DNA of 64,000 nt, taken from positions 3 to 64,002 of the forward strand of contig NZ_JAEUMO010000128.1 of NCBI RefSeq assembly GCF_016793285.1, written 5' to 3'. Below, piece after piece: positions 20,801 to 28,232 of this stretch (the stretch's first letter is position 1; each line of letters begins with the position of its first letter). The notes under the pieces are model-generated. The model saw only the letters and a list, made by a program, of their open reading frames with translations, was not told the origin of the DNA and did not search any database. This stretch comes from Phenylobacterium sp. (GTDB lineage Bacteria; Pseudomonadota; Alphaproteobacteria; Caulobacterales; Caulobacteraceae). The translations under genes and the position numbers were made by a program.

Positions 20801-21904
20801 GCCTCGGCCACCGCCGCGGAGTCGATCTTCACCCGCGCCGCCGACGTCTCGCTGGGCGGCGCGTGGCGGGCCCAGAGGGCGCGGATCGAAGTCACCGCCG
20901 CCAGCCTGAACCTCGGCGAAGGCGCCACCGGCACGGGCGGGGTCACCCTCTCCAGCGAACAGATCGGCCGCATCGACGCGCCGGTCGTACAGATCTTCCT
21001 GGGCGACACCTCCGGCCCGGCGCGGGGCGGCAATATCTCGATCGGCGCGCTGGCTGTCGATACCGCCAAGATCCGCACCTCGCTGGAACTCTATGCGAGC
21101 AGCGCCTCCGACGTCGTCATCACCGGCGCCTTCGCACCCGGCAGCACGGCGACCAACACCACGATGCTGCGCATCGGCGCCGCCGACGCGGCGGGCAACT
21201 GGACGCCGCGCTCGATCCGCGTGATCGCCAACAGCGGCGGCTCGATCGGCTCGGCCCTGACCACCGGCGGGCGCACGTTCACCGACGTGCGCGCCTTCAA
21301 CGTCGTCGAGCTGAACGCCAGGGCCGACATCCTGATGGGGTATCAGGACTTCATCGACCGCATCCTGACGACGTCGGCCGCCAGCGTGCCGGGCGCGGTC
21401 AAGGGCATCATCGCGCCGCAGACCACCAGCGGCCCGCGCATCCTGCTGACCGCCGGTTCGCTGATCCTGCGCGCCGACGGCAAGGTGGCCCAGCAGGACA
21501 CCGGCGGCCTGCTCGGGACCACGCCGACCGGCCTCTACCTCCTGGGCGGCGGCACGCCGCAGCTCCTGCTGGGCCGCACGTCGGCGACACCGGGCCTGCC
21601 GGAGTTCATCGAACTCAACGGCGCGCTCACCTCGGGCACGACGATCATGGTCGGCGAGAGCGTGTCGCTGCTGGCCGGCATCGCCTTCGACCGCGGCGTC
21701 GCGCCCAGCGGCTACTATCGCCTCAACACCTGCGCGATCCTGCAGCAGGGCAGTTGCATGCCCTCCAACGGCCACCCGACCATCTCGATCCCGCCCGAGC
21801 AGCTCACCGGCCTCACCCTCGAGGACCGCACCGCCGCGGCCGGCGCCGCCGACCCCACGGTGGCCAGCGCGACCAACGAGGAAGTCTGGAAGGACTCCAA
21901 CTGA
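11879..21904 (+). CDS. giant TpsA-type exoprotein (filamentous haemagglutinin-like, 3341 aa)
   Basis: It has a signal peptide (MTARAI...LLLAATAQA/QT). The TPS (haemagglutination-activity) domain signature is TRTVINWDSFHVSAADKVTFHF...DIVLNKSP...AIWFYSPQGVVISPGAVM. About 2700 aa of G/A/D/T/V-rich beta-helix-type repeats follow (AGDDIxVxA, AGRDVxL, GDFDLxGxNxDI). Confidence 0.92.
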   Translation: MTARAIASADRSRRARLLGGSALGGAAALLLAATAQAQTLPTIPDASAITVATGGTQPTITAPDANSLDVDLKATRTVINWDSFHVSAADKVTFHFGATSDIVLNKSPTQVKVDAGGQVAGLVGADPGGAIWFYSPQGVVISPGAVMSAGNFVFARGDAIVDMAFVDAAAPLSVLRSASDSLIRIDTITSATSASINDEGELVLSATAGDLAAETVLAAKGATVTTAAGGINIGEVTAGEMASVTATGGDIALTSLNGGTGAGASGGAVTVASASASGAGADIQITGLTSASLGSGAAGRDIKVAGPDASLGSGAAGRDAFVTATTGAATVTGSVSAGDDIEVTATAGSVVAGSGSLTSTGAGADGGEAHVLARSTAGNVTVGSAATQGTAPGATGDVTVDAAAGTSILTAGASTRDIAVTGVTATLGSGAAGGDVTVTASGTANVTGAVSAGDDIEITANGGSVNASGASLTSTGANADSDAHVTVRSLSGAANVGFAATQGTGGARGDVRVEATSTATLSDGGASQDIFVLGPSAVLGSATASRSVFVTGTTGNASVTGAVTAGDDIEVTTTAGSVNAAGGTLTATGAGASDDAHILAKSVSGAVNVGSATTQGTGSRAGDVILESPTAASLGSGGSSRDIRISGQSASLGSADAARDIFVTATSGNASVTGAVTAGDDIEVTAGSGSVTAAGGSLTSTGVGAGDDAHVLARSTGGFVDVGSAATQGTGAALGDVTVDAATTATLGSGAASRDVNVLGPAASLGGGSAGRHVFVTATTGNAAVTGSVTAGNDIEVTSGAGDVTAAGGSLTSTGVGAGDDAHVLARSASGAVIVGAAATQGTGAALGDVTIESTTTATLGSGASSRDIKVTAPTASLGSANAARDVFVTATSGTASVTGAVTAGDDIEITATTGAVTAGGGSLTSTGVGASDDAHVLAKSASGAVTVGSATTQGSGAALGDVTVDAATTATVTGTLRSTQDVVVQAAGQVQAAASTMIAGRDAAVRSANASVAVGTIRAGDDIALRALNGSIMGGGDLRAGTTQGTSDPSGAADTLAGATLAGHDIDIRAPAVTVTGDVAAGRTAGDGESLDPVQLDSDVFVTVTAADPSPAVAALRLSTGNNSAVSAHRDIVLTSEGAVAATLQTGDVFAGRDVAVHAPNGAISMRSARAGDDVVLRAPNGMVEVIGDVQAGRDLAGQPTTDANGAGDDLNTALPFVDFDGNLGTVFKVVGFDVSITGQAVRITGTTVAGRQPSTDDPDTAGAVDNSTSDVRIETRTPMTPVIGLAPSIELGGVIATRDIQIDSAKAVTAGDLKAGRDIAILGRGGVTPGAAPNDHSGSGVTLGSARAGDDVLAFSVYGRTSIVGGATSGSPFPRLPVNLDRVTDGATEAADQLAIYLHYLNLDEESAPLLAQGALLRLVGQGVTVGGPLTAMGATSDVRIRSTLDIDVSGATHAGRWAMFSTDAGGGALKVGAVTAARDVLLDGATGVEATGTLTSSGSDVAVRSRGGGQVKLAGISAGDDIVVRTAGAVIVDGAVGAGGAGDSTGLGDDLRISDGAVTLEGVTFDLTGHDIDITAASVTTTGSMSALGGSSDVRIQSTGVLNLGDLGAGRDVLVDGATTVSTGVLTAGRDVGVRSTGANSAVTVGGAAAGDDVVIRAGGAINVTGPLGNGAGSDSADADQAGDLMFAVAKSRLGGDFDLAGRNVDVRSSGGAILATGAVDAADDARFQTGSAGSVKVGAVTAGRDVLLDGAGVEATDTLTSIGGDVAVRSRNGGQVRLAGVLAGDDLVVRTSGAVTLGGAVATGGGADAAGLGDTLLALEGAIVLEGQSFDLTGADIDIAAGSVTAAALLRANGSASDARIRAGGAASLANVTAGRDVLVDGGAAITTGVLTAARDVGVRSTGDGAMVTVGSAVAGDDVVVRARGAIRVTGALTAGAGADSADTDQAGDLMFGVARTRLAGDFDLTGGNVDLRSGAGSIDVSGAVTAATDARFQTEGAAGAGVKVGNVTAGRDVLLDGSAASGSSGVESTGTLMATTGDVAVRARNGSNIRLKAVTAGDDVAMRTTGALTTEGTVSTLGAASTLGVADRLTDAAEAGRLQVGGVAFDLASSDIDVVGGQVNIFRSAARGSARVKAGAVAMNGGAAVGIDILIDSEISLTVGDLTAAGDIALRSRSGSLTVGSLVAGDDIVLRGATGVTAVSLKSGGLERIGVGDQMYLSDPTLLGGELSLMGGTIDVRSGGGAISIGSADSAGDVRVQAASGDVTLSGLIVAGRDIFADGGSVNATGSLTAGGDVALYARTGLVSVGSVTAGDDLVIRAAGDVTTTGELKSGQGADVEGLADRLVTLTGPTSIFGVETTAAGGVIDISGANIRLGGVINAAGESAHLRLKSSGVTTLGDATLTGDIAIDSVGDVTAGALTAGRDLAVRSSDGSVALASGAAGDDIVLRAARSITVTGALSVGQGADGQGFGDVLFDLARTNLGGDFALGGRNIDILSASGDVTAGAITAPDDIRIQAANGRVTAADVDAGRDVLLDGGGVSAGAVQAGGDLAVRATNGALTLGSARAGDDLVVRARGDITVTGALTAGGGANGAGAGDRLAAMDGEATDLGGANIDIRSATGGVSAQGSLTAADDIRLRAAGAVSNTGRVEAGRDVHLLAASVAIGGELRAGRDAVLDSTGAVAITGRVAAGRDALLRAEGDVAAAGEVEAGRDVMLDGASVSAGTVRAGRDVAARGRTGSLTLGSIGAGDDVVLRAAQGITVTGQVTAQGGADGEGVADALFAAERTTLGGDFDLAGANVDIRGGAINVTGSALAGRDARFQTRGDGALSLNAVTAGGDILADGRSVTATGQLSAGRDVAVRARAGGVDLASVTAGDDIAIRAAGAVRASGALTSGAGANADGAADRLISAGEGGAIMRLVDPLATTAVVQGFTLAAGDIDIRSGEAISLAGSVGAANIRLQAATKITLASATAAESIFTRAADVSLGGAWRAQRARIEVTAASLNLGEGATGTGGVTLSSEQIGRIDAPVVQIFLGDTSGPARGGNISIGALAVDTAKIRTSLELYASSASDVVITGAFAPGSTATNTTMLRIGAADAAGNWTPRSIRVIANSGGSIGSALTTGGRTFTDVRAFNVVELNARADILMGYQDFIDRILTTSAASVPGAVKGIIAPQTTSGPRILLTAGSLILRADGKVAQQDTGGLLGTTPTGLYLLGGGTPQLLLGRTSATPGLPEFIELNGALTSGTTIMVGESVSLLAGIAFDRGVAPSGYYRLNTCAILQQGSCMPSNGHPTISIPPEQLTGLTLEDRTAAAGAADPTVASATNEEVWKDSN
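12887..14934 (+). repeat. six tandem ~339-nt (113-aa) coding repeats inside tpsA
   Basis: The AGDDIE/AGNDIE codon blocks start at 12887, 13232, 13571, 13910, 14249 and 14588. A related AGDDIA block starts at 14935. The spacings are 345, 339, 339, 339, 339 and 347 nt. Confidence 0.85.
16307..18250 (+). repeat. ~800-nt (about 267-aa) higher-order coding repeats inside tpsA, about 2.4 copies
   Basis: The VTA(A/G)RDVLLDG block starts at 16307, 17108 and 17912 (spacings 801 and 804 nt). Long collinear similarity runs between the copies (e.g. DVAVRSRxGGQVxLAGxxAGDDxVVRTxGAV...FDLTGxDIDI...AGRDVLVDG...DQAGDLMFxVA...). Confidence 0.7.
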
Positions 21905-24900
21905 TGCGGGCGCCGCGCCGCCATCGTCCGGCGTGGCCCGGCGCGCTTGCGGCGCTTGCCTTGGCCGCGTGGGGCGCGGGCGCCCAGGCCGCGCCGCGCG
22001 AGGACTTCGTGCTGGGCCAGAGCGCGCGCAGCGGCGCGGTCTGCACCGCCGTTCGCGACTGGGACGATCCCGTCGCCCAGCGGGCCGGGCAGCGCGCCTG
22101 GCAGGTCATGTGCCGCGGCTGGACCCAGGCGCTGGGCCGCATCTACGCCTTCCACACCGACGGCGCCGCGGCGGGCGAGACCTGGCGCAGGTCGCTGGCC
22201 GATCGCGCGGCCTGCGAACCGGCCATGGACGCGCCCGATCCGGGGCTGAGCCGGACCACGCTCGCGGCCTGCAAGACCCGGCCGCTGGGCGCGAGCTACG
22301 TCGTCTACGAGGCGCGCGACGGCAAGGATGTGATCGTGGCGGAGGGCTACGCCGCCATCGCCGACGTGCTGGGCACGGGCGTCAAGGTGGCGCTGGGCCG
22401 CCAGAGGCCGCCGGCCGCCACCAGCCAGCAGACCGCCAACCTCGGCACGGTGCTGGGCGGCCAGATCGAGAACCTGAACGCCGTCGCCGAGGCCAGCGCC
22501 GCCTCGCCCGCCAAGCAGAAGGAGGCGGCCTACCGCGAGGCCCAGCTCTGGCAGTTCGGCGACGCGGAGTCGCGTTTCAGCCAGTTGGCCGGCGCGTCGC
22601 TGGAGCGGCTCGGCGTGGCCGACCGCGCCGAGGCCTACCTGAACGTGGCGCTGAACGCCTCCAACGCCGGCCGCACCTCCGAGGCCGAGGCCTACTTCAA
22701 GGCTGCCGCGCCCCTGGTCGCCGAGGCCAACAGCGCGCCTCTGCGGGCGCTCTCGCTCAACATGCAGGCCGCTCACGCCCGCAACCAGCGCCGCTTCGAA
22801 GACGCCATCGCGCTGGCCAGGCAGGCCATCGCCCAGCGCGCCAGCATGGCCGAGGTCGCCGCCTCGGGCCTGGTCACCAGCGTCGGCCCCGACGTCCGCC
22901 TGGGCCACGCCGCGGCGCTGGCCCTCAACGCCCAGGGCAAGATGCCCAGCCTGCAACTCTCGGCCGACGAGCGCGAGGCGGTGCGCGACGCCCAGGCCTG
23001 GCAGATCATCGGCACCAGCCAGGAGGCGCTGAAGCAGCGCGCCGCGGCCCGCGCCAGCCTGCAGAGCGCCATCGACATCCTGAACCGGCCACGCGGCGCC
23101 GACGTGCTGGGCTCGGCCGCGCCCTGGCTGGTGGTGCGCCTGCAGGTCGACCTCGCCACCCTGGAACGCGCGGACGGCCAGCCGCAGCTCGCCGTGCGCC
23201 GGCTGGAAGCCGCGCTCGCCACCTACGAGATGCAGGATGCGGGCTCGCTGCCGCTGGGCCGCTTCCTGCTGGAGCTGGCGCGCGCCAAGGCCGGCGCCGG
23301 CATGGAGGACGACGCCCTGGGCGACTTCGAGCGCGCCTTCGGCATCTTCCAGCTCAAGCGCGGCGCGCTCGGCGCCTCGGCCGACGCCGCCGCCGACTAC
23401 TTCGACATCCTCCTCAAGCGCGTGGGGAACGATCCCGTCGCCAAGGCCGCCGACGCCCAGCGGTTCTTCGCCAGCTCCGAGGCGCTGGTGGGTGAATCCA
23501 CCGCCGCCGCTTCGCTCCAGTTCGCCGAGCGCCTGAGTTCGGAAGGCTCGGCCAGCGCCGGCATCTCGCGGGCCCGCGACGCCACGCTGCGCCTCGTCGC
23601 CCAGAAGGACCAGGAGATCCGCCAGCTCCAGCGCGCCGGCGCCTACGCCGGCGAGGCGCGCGCCAAGGCCGACGCCGAGCTCGACGGCCTGCGCAAGCAG
23701 GCCAACGAACTGGAACAGCGCCTGTTCGACGCCAACCCGCGCTACGCCACCGCGCTCTCGACCACCGTCACCAGCAAGGACCTCCAGGCCGAGTTGAAGG
23801 ACGGCGAGGCCTACCTCAAGGTGATGCTGCTCTCGAACCGGGGCTATGGCCTGCTGATCACGCGCGACGCGGTGCGGCCCTACGCCATCGACCTCAGCCG
23901 CCCCGAGGCGCGCAAGCTCGCCGCCAAGCTGCGCGAGCCGATCGCCGAGGTGGGCTCCGGCTTCCTGGGCGAGTGGGACGTGGCCGTCGCGCACCGGCTC
24001 TACAGCGCGCTGCTCGGCCCCATCGAGCCGCAGCTCAGGACCATCGCCAAGCTGATCTACCAGCCGGATCCGACGATGGTGGGCGTGCCAATCGGCGCCC
24101 TCGTCACCGACGACGCCAGCGAGCAGGTGATGGCGAAGAACATCGAACGCGCGCGTCAGGCGAAGAAGGAGGTGTCGTACCGGGGCGTAAGCTGGGTCGC
24201 CGCGCGCCTGGAGACCTCCGTCTCCGTCTCGACCGCGGCCTTCTACAACACCCGCCGCAGCCGCCCGAGCCGCGCGCCGAAGCCGTTCCTCGGGTTCGCC
24301 GACCCGATCATCGCCAAGGACGACGCGGCGTTCCGCAGCGTGATGGCGCCCGACTGGTCGATCGCGCTGGCCGGCGGCGCGGACTTCTGCGCCAGCTTCC
24401 GCAAACAGCTCATGGAGATGCCGCAACTGCCCGAAGCCGCCACCGAGGTCCGCTTCGTGGCCAAGGCCGTCGGCGCGCCCGACAGCGTGATCGTGGGCGC
24501 CGATTTCACCGACGAGCGGGTCAAGAACGGCGGCGGCTTCGAGGGCGCGCTCGACCAGTACCGCGTGCTCTACTTCGCCACCCACGGCCTGCTGCCCCAG
24601 GCCAACGGCTGCCTCCAGCCGGCGCTGGTCACCTCGCAGGGCGGGACCGGCAGCGACTCGCTCCTCGACACCAGCGAGATCCCGCAACTCCAGCTCGACG
24701 CCGACCTGGTGGTGCTGTCGGCCTGCGACACCGGCGCGGGCCTGGAGGACGGCGGCGGCGGCGCGGCCCTGGGCGGCCTCGTCTCGACCTTCACCTACGC
24801 CGGGGCGCGCAACCTGCTGGTCTCGAACTGGGAGGTGGACTCCGCCGCCACCGAGACCCTGATGTCGGCCCTCTTCAACGCCAAGGCCGCCACCCAGGGC

Positions 24901-25044
24901 GAGGCGCTGGCCGCCGCCATGCGCAGCTTCATCGCCCGCGACGACGACTACTCCCACCCCTACTACTGGGCTGCCTTCCTCATCGTCGGCGACGGCGCGC
25001 GGGCGCTGCCGGGGGCCGAGACCGCGCGCGTCGCGTCGAACTGA
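21904..25044 (+). CDS. exported TPR-repeat / CHAT-domain (caspase-haemoglobinase fold) protein, 1046 aa
   Basis: I trimmed ORF 20863..25044 to ATG 21904, which overlaps the tpsA TGA by 1 nt (TGATG). It has a signal peptide ([31 protein letters not shown]), a helical TPR-like middle region, and a C-terminal CHAT signature: [12 protein letters not shown] (His codon 24583-24585), [13 protein letters not shown] (Cys codon 24724-24726) and [14 protein letters not shown]. Confidence 0.88.
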   Translation: MRAPRRHRPAWPGALAALALAAWGAGAQAAPREDFVLGQSARSGAVCTAVRDWDDPVAQRAGQRAWQVMCRGWTQALGRIYAFHTDGAAAGETWRRSLADRAACEPAMDAPDPGLSRTTLAACKTRPLGASYVVYEARDGKDVIVAEGYAAIADVLGTGVKVALGRQRPPAATSQQTANLGTVLGGQIENLNAVAEASAASPAKQKEAAYREAQLWQFGDAESRFSQLAGASLERLGVADRAEAYLNVALNASNAGRTSEAEAYFKAAAPLVAEANSAPLRALSLNMQAAHARNQRRFEDAIALARQAIAQRASMAEVAASGLVTSVGPDVRLGHAAALALNAQGKMPSLQLSADEREAVRDAQAWQIIGTSQEALKQRAAARASLQSAIDILNRPRGADVLGSAAPWLVVRLQVDLATLERADGQPQLAVRRLEAALATYEMQDAGSLPLGRFLLELARAKAGAGMEDDALGDFERAFGIFQLKRGALGASADAAADYFDILLKRVGNDPVAKAADAQRFFASSEALVGESTAAASLQFAERLSSEGSASAGISRARDATLRLVAQKDQEIRQLQRAGAYAGEARAKADAELDGLRKQANELEQRLFDANPRYATALSTTVTSKDLQAELKDGEAYLKVMLLSNRGYGLLITRDAVRPYAIDLSRPEARKLAAKLREPIAEVGSGFLGEWDVAVAHRLYSALLGPIEPQLRTIAKLIYQPDPTMVGVPIGALVTDDASEQVMAKNIERARQAKKEVSYRGVSWVAARLETSVSVSTAAFYNTRRSRPSRAPKPFLGFADPIIAKDDAAFRSVMAPDWSIALAGGADFCASFRKQLMEMPQLPEAATEVRFVAKAVGAPDSVIVGADFTDERVKNGGGFEGALDQYRVLYFATHGLLPQANGCLQPALVTSQGGTGSDSLLDTSEIPQLQLDADLVVLSACDTGAGLEDGGGGAALGGLVSTFTYAGARNLLVSNWEVDSAATETLMSALFNAKAATQGEALAAAMRSFIARDDDYSHPYYWAAFLIVGDGARALPGAETARVASN

Positions 25045-25127
25045 CCGAGCTGGAGCCGCGGGCGCCTCATCCCAGGCGAACAACCTTCATGGTTTCGACA
25101 GCCAGGCGCCACGGCGGCGGGCGGTGG

Positions 25128-25156
25128 TTGACAGCTCCAGCCCCTTCCACTATCCA
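25128..25156 (+). promoter_or_regulatory. candidate sigma70-type promoter of rpmH
   Basis: TTGACA (25128-25133), a 17-nt spacer, then TATCCA (25151-25156). It lies about 30 nt upstream of the rpmH GTG, with GGAG at 25175-25178 as a possible SD. Confidence 0.4.
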
Positions 25157-25187
25157 CCGCGGCTCGATTTCGACCGGAGCTTTCCTC

Positions 25188-25322
25188 GTGAAGCGCACTT
25201 TCCAACCCTCTCGCCTGGTGCGTGCGCGCCGTCACGGCTTCCGTCTGCGCATGTCGACGAAGAACGGCCAGAAGATCCTGGCCCGTCGTCGCGCCAAGGG
25301 CCGCAAGCGCCTGAGCGCCTAG
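25188..25322 (+). CDS. rpmH: 50S ribosomal protein L34
   Basis: The GTG start gives (M)[43 protein letters not shown], an unmistakable L34 sequence. Confidence 0.95.
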   Translation: MKRTFQPSRLVRARRHGFRLRMSTKNGQKILARRRAKGRKRLSA

Positions 25323-25347
25323 GGCCGGCTTCGGCTAAGGTGTCCGG

Positions 25348-25716
25348 GTGTCGGACGCCGCCCCCTCGATCCAGCGACTGACGAAACGCAGCGAGTTCCT
25401 CGCCTGCGCCCAGGCTCCCTCGTGCGCGAAGGGGGCCGTCGTCGTTCAGGCCCGCCCGCGCGGCGACGAAGACCCGACCGTGCGCGTCGGCTTCACCGCC
25501 ACCAGGCGCATCGGCGGCGCCGTCCAGCGCAACCGCGCCAAGCGGCGCATGCGCGAGGCCGCCCGCGCCGTCCTGCCCGGCCACGCCACGCCCGGCGTCG
25601 ACTATGTGATCATCGCCCGCGGCGGTGTGACCACCCGCCCCTGGGCCCGTTTGCTTGACGATGTGAAAAGCGCGCTGGTAAGGCTCGCCGCCGACCGGCC
25701 GGCGCCCCACATCTGA
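25348..25716 (+). CDS. rnpA: ribonuclease P protein component
   Basis: It lies immediately downstream of rpmH. The basic protein carries the RNR-type motif [24 protein letters not shown]. Confidence 0.9.
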   Translation: MSDAAPSIQRLTKRSEFLACAQAPSCAKGAVVVQARPRGDEDPTVRVGFTATRRIGGAVQRNRAKRRMREAARAVLPGHATPGVDYVIIARGGVTTRPWARLLDDVKSALVRLAADRPAPHI

Positions 25717-25755
25717 CGGGCCCGCCCCATCCCTCGACGGACCCGCGTCTCCCCA

Positions 25756-27558
25756 ATGCAAGACGAGAACAACCGCAACACGATCATCTTCGTCGTGTGC
25801 GCGTTCCTGATCCTGATGGCCTACCAGTTCCTGGTCATCGAACCGGCGAACCAGAAGAAGGCCGCCGAGGCCAAGGCGAAGGCGGCGGTCGCCCAGACCG
25901 CTCCGGCCAGCAGGCCCGCCGTCCCGCTGGGGCCGCAGGTCGTGACGCGCGACCAGGCCGTGGCCGCCGCGCCGCGGGTGCCGATCGCGACGCCGGCCCT
26001 CAAGGGCTCGCTCTCGCTGCAGGGCGCGCGCATCGACGACATCTACCTGGTGCAGTACCGCGAGAAGCTGCCCAAGACCTCGCCGCCGGTCGAACTGCTG
26101 CGGCCCGAGGGCACGCAGTACGCCTGGTTCGCCAGCACCGGGTGGGCCGGCGCGAACATCCCGGGCCTGCCCGGCGACCAGACCGTCTGGACGCTGGCCT
26201 CGGGCTCCGTGCTGGCGCCCGGCAAGCCCGTCACGCTGACCTACGCCAACGGCCAGGGGCTGACCTTCACGCGGCTGATCACGGTGGACGACAAGTACAT
26301 GTTCACCGTCACCGACACGGTGGCCAACACCGGCGGCGCGCCGGTGACGCTGGCGCCCTTCGGCTCGATCCAGCGCCGCGGCGTGCCCGAGGGCCTGGGC
26401 CGCAACTCGGTGGTCCTCGAGGGCGGCATGGGCTGGCTGGACGGCAAGCGCCGCCCGATCAAGTACGCCAAGTGGCAGAAGGACGGCGGGGGGCCCGCCT
26501 ACGACTCGCATGGCGGCTGGATCGGCATCACCGACCACTACTGGCTGGCGGCGCTGATCCCCGCCCAGAACGAGCAGATCCGCGGCCAGTACCGCCTGAC
26601 CCGGGCGCCGGGCCTCAACATCCTCGACGCCAACTATGTCGGCCCGGCGCGGACCATCGCGGCCGGCGCGCAGGTGTCGAACACCGTCCACGTCTTCGCC
26701 GGCGCCAAGCAGGTGCAGGTGCTGAAGGACTATCAGGCCAGCCTGGGCGTGCAGAACCTCGACGAGGCCGTCGACTGGGGCATGCTGTGGTTCCTGACCC
26801 GGCCGGTCTACCAGTTCCTCAGCTTCATCTTCCAGCACGTCGGCAACTTCGGCGTCGCCATCCTCGTCCTCACCGTCGTCGTGCGGCTCGTCCTCTTCCC
26901 GCTTGCGAACAAGCAGTACGAGTCGATGACCAAGATGAAGAAGGTGCAGCCGGCGATGGAGGAACTGCGCAAGAAGTTCAAGGACGACCCGCAGAAGCAG
27001 CAGCAGGAACTCCTGGCGCTCTACCAGCGCGAGAAGGTGAACCCGCTGGCGGGCTGCCTGCCGCTGTTCCTGACGATCCCGGTCTTCTTCGCGCTGTTCA
27101 AGGTGCTGCAGATCTCCATCGAGATGCGGCACGCGCCCTTCTACGGCTTCATCAAGGACCTGTCGGCGCCCGACCCGACGACCATCTTCAACCTGTTCGG
27201 CCTGATCCCGTGGGATCCGGGTACGGCGCCGCTGATCGGCAGCCTGCTGGCCTACGGCACGCCGCCCGGCTTCCTGCACATCGGCATCATGGCGATCCTC
27301 TACGGGGCCACCACCTGGCTCACGACCGCCATGAGCCCGCCCGCGCCCGATCCGACCCAGCAGCGGATCTTCCAACTGATGCCGATCCTGTTCACCTTCA
27401 TCATGGCGCAGTTCCCGATCGGCCTGCTGCTCTACTACACTTGGTCGAACATCCTGACCGCGATCCAGCAGTACGTGATCATGCGGCGCTTCAAGGTGGA
27501 CAACCCGATCGACCAGCTCATCGCCAGGCTGACCGGCCAGGGCAAGGCGGTCGGGTGA
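25756..27558 (+). CDS. yidC: membrane protein insertase YidC
   Basis: The 600-aa product has an N-terminal TM segment, a large periplasmic domain, and the conserved C-terminal core ([36 protein letters not shown]). It is in conserved rpmH-rnpA-yidC order. Confidence 0.95.
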   Translation: MQDENNRNTIIFVVCAFLILMAYQFLVIEPANQKKAAEAKAKAAVAQTAPASRPAVPLGPQVVTRDQAVAAAPRVPIATPALKGSLSLQGARIDDIYLVQYREKLPKTSPPVELLRPEGTQYAWFASTGWAGANIPGLPGDQTVWTLASGSVLAPGKPVTLTYANGQGLTFTRLITVDDKYMFTVTDTVANTGGAPVTLAPFGSIQRRGVPEGLGRNSVVLEGGMGWLDGKRRPIKYAKWQKDGGGPAYDSHGGWIGITDHYWLAALIPAQNEQIRGQYRLTRAPGLNILDANYVGPARTIAAGAQVSNTVHVFAGAKQVQVLKDYQASLGVQNLDEAVDWGMLWFLTRPVYQFLSFIFQHVGNFGVAILVLTVVVRLVLFPLANKQYESMTKMKKVQPAMEELRKKFKDDPQKQQQELLALYQREKVNPLAGCLPLFLTIPVFFALFKVLQISIEMRHAPFYGFIKDLSAPDPTTIFNLFGLIPWDPGTAPLIGSLLAYGTPPGFLHIGIMAILYGATTWLTTAMSPPAPDPTQQRIFQLMPILFTFIMAQFPIGLLLYYTWSNILTAIQQYVIMRRFKVDNPIDQLIARLTGQGKAVG

Positions 27559-28220
27559 GCGGGGCCGAAGCGGCAGGCGACGACGGTCCCTTCGACGCGG
27601 GGTCGCTGGAGGCGGCGCGGGTCTTCTTCGCCCATCCGGTGACCTTCCTGATGGGTGCGGTCTCGATACCGGGGCTGCCGCCGGCCGACCTGCCCGAGGT
27701 GGCCTTCGCCGGCCGCTCGAACGTGGGCAAGAGCTCGCTGATCAACGCGGTCACGGGCCGCACGCACCTGGCCCGGGCGTCGACCGCGCCGGGACGCACG
27801 CGCGAGATCAACTTCTTCGTCGCCGACGAAAAGCTGCGGCTGGTCGACCTGCCGGGCTACGGCTTCGCCAAGGTCGGCCGCGGCGAGAAGAACAAGTTCC
27901 AGAACCTGGGCCGCAGCTATCTGCGCGGCCGGCCGAACCTGAAGCGCGCCTACCTGCTGATCGACAGCCGCCACGGCCTCAAGGAGGTCGACAAGGAGGC
28001 GATGGACGCGTTCGACATCTCGGCCGTCAGCTACCAGATCGTGCTGACCAAGATCGACAAGCTGCGAAGCCAGCGCGACGTCGAGCAGGTGGTCGCCGAA
28101 ACCGTCCGCAAGATCGCCAGGCGCCCCGCCGCCTTCCCCCGGGTGCTCGCCACCAGCGCCGAGAAGGGCGCCGGCATCCCCGAACTGCGCGCCGAGATCC
28201 TGGCCGCCTGCGCGGTGTGA
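27555..28220 (+). CDS. engB: ribosome-biogenesis GTPase EngB/YihA
   Basis: GTG 27555 overlaps the yidC stop (GTGA). It has the P-loop [21 protein letters not shown], and TKIDK (NKxD-type G4). Confidence 0.9.
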   Translation: MSGAEAAGDDGPFDAGSLEAARVFFAHPVTFLMGAVSIPGLPPADLPEVAFAGRSNVGKSSLINAVTGRTHLARASTAPGRTREINFFVADEKLRLVDLPGYGFAKVGRGEKNKFQNLGRSYLRGRPNLKRAYLLIDSRHGLKEVDKEAMDAFDISAVSYQIVLTKIDKLRSQRDVEQVVAETVRKIARRPAAFPRVLATSAEKGAGIPELRAEILAACAV

Positions 28221-28232
28221 CCCTTCAGTGCG

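Noticed and set aside
10145-21775. A 3876-aa stop-free ORF on the minus strand spanning tpsB and tpsA. Similar long antisense ORFs occur at 37010..41380, 57457..58710, 59213..60613 and 62907..63998.
   Set aside because: Its codons are exactly in register with the sense codons of tpsB/tpsA. Antisense stops would require sense TTA, CTA or TCA codons, which are almost absent at this GC content. The translation is Arg/Gly/Ala/Asp junk with no signal, domain or repeat logic of its own, whereas the plus-strand products have clear family signatures. It is a shadow ORF.
11879-25044. Contact-dependent inhibition (CdiB/CdiA/CdiI) interpretation of the TPS locus.
   Set aside because: There is no VENN or pre-toxin motif and no polymorphic C-terminal toxin-like tip. 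The gene after tpsA is a 1046-aa exported CHAT protein, not a small cytoplasmic immunity protein.
9566-25127. The TPS-CHAT locus as a recently acquired genomic island.
   Set aside because: Base composition and codon style look the same as the flanking housekeeping genes. I see no tRNA gene, integrase, transposase or flanking direct repeats. Horizontal origin cannot be excluded, but nothing in the sequence supports a recent event.
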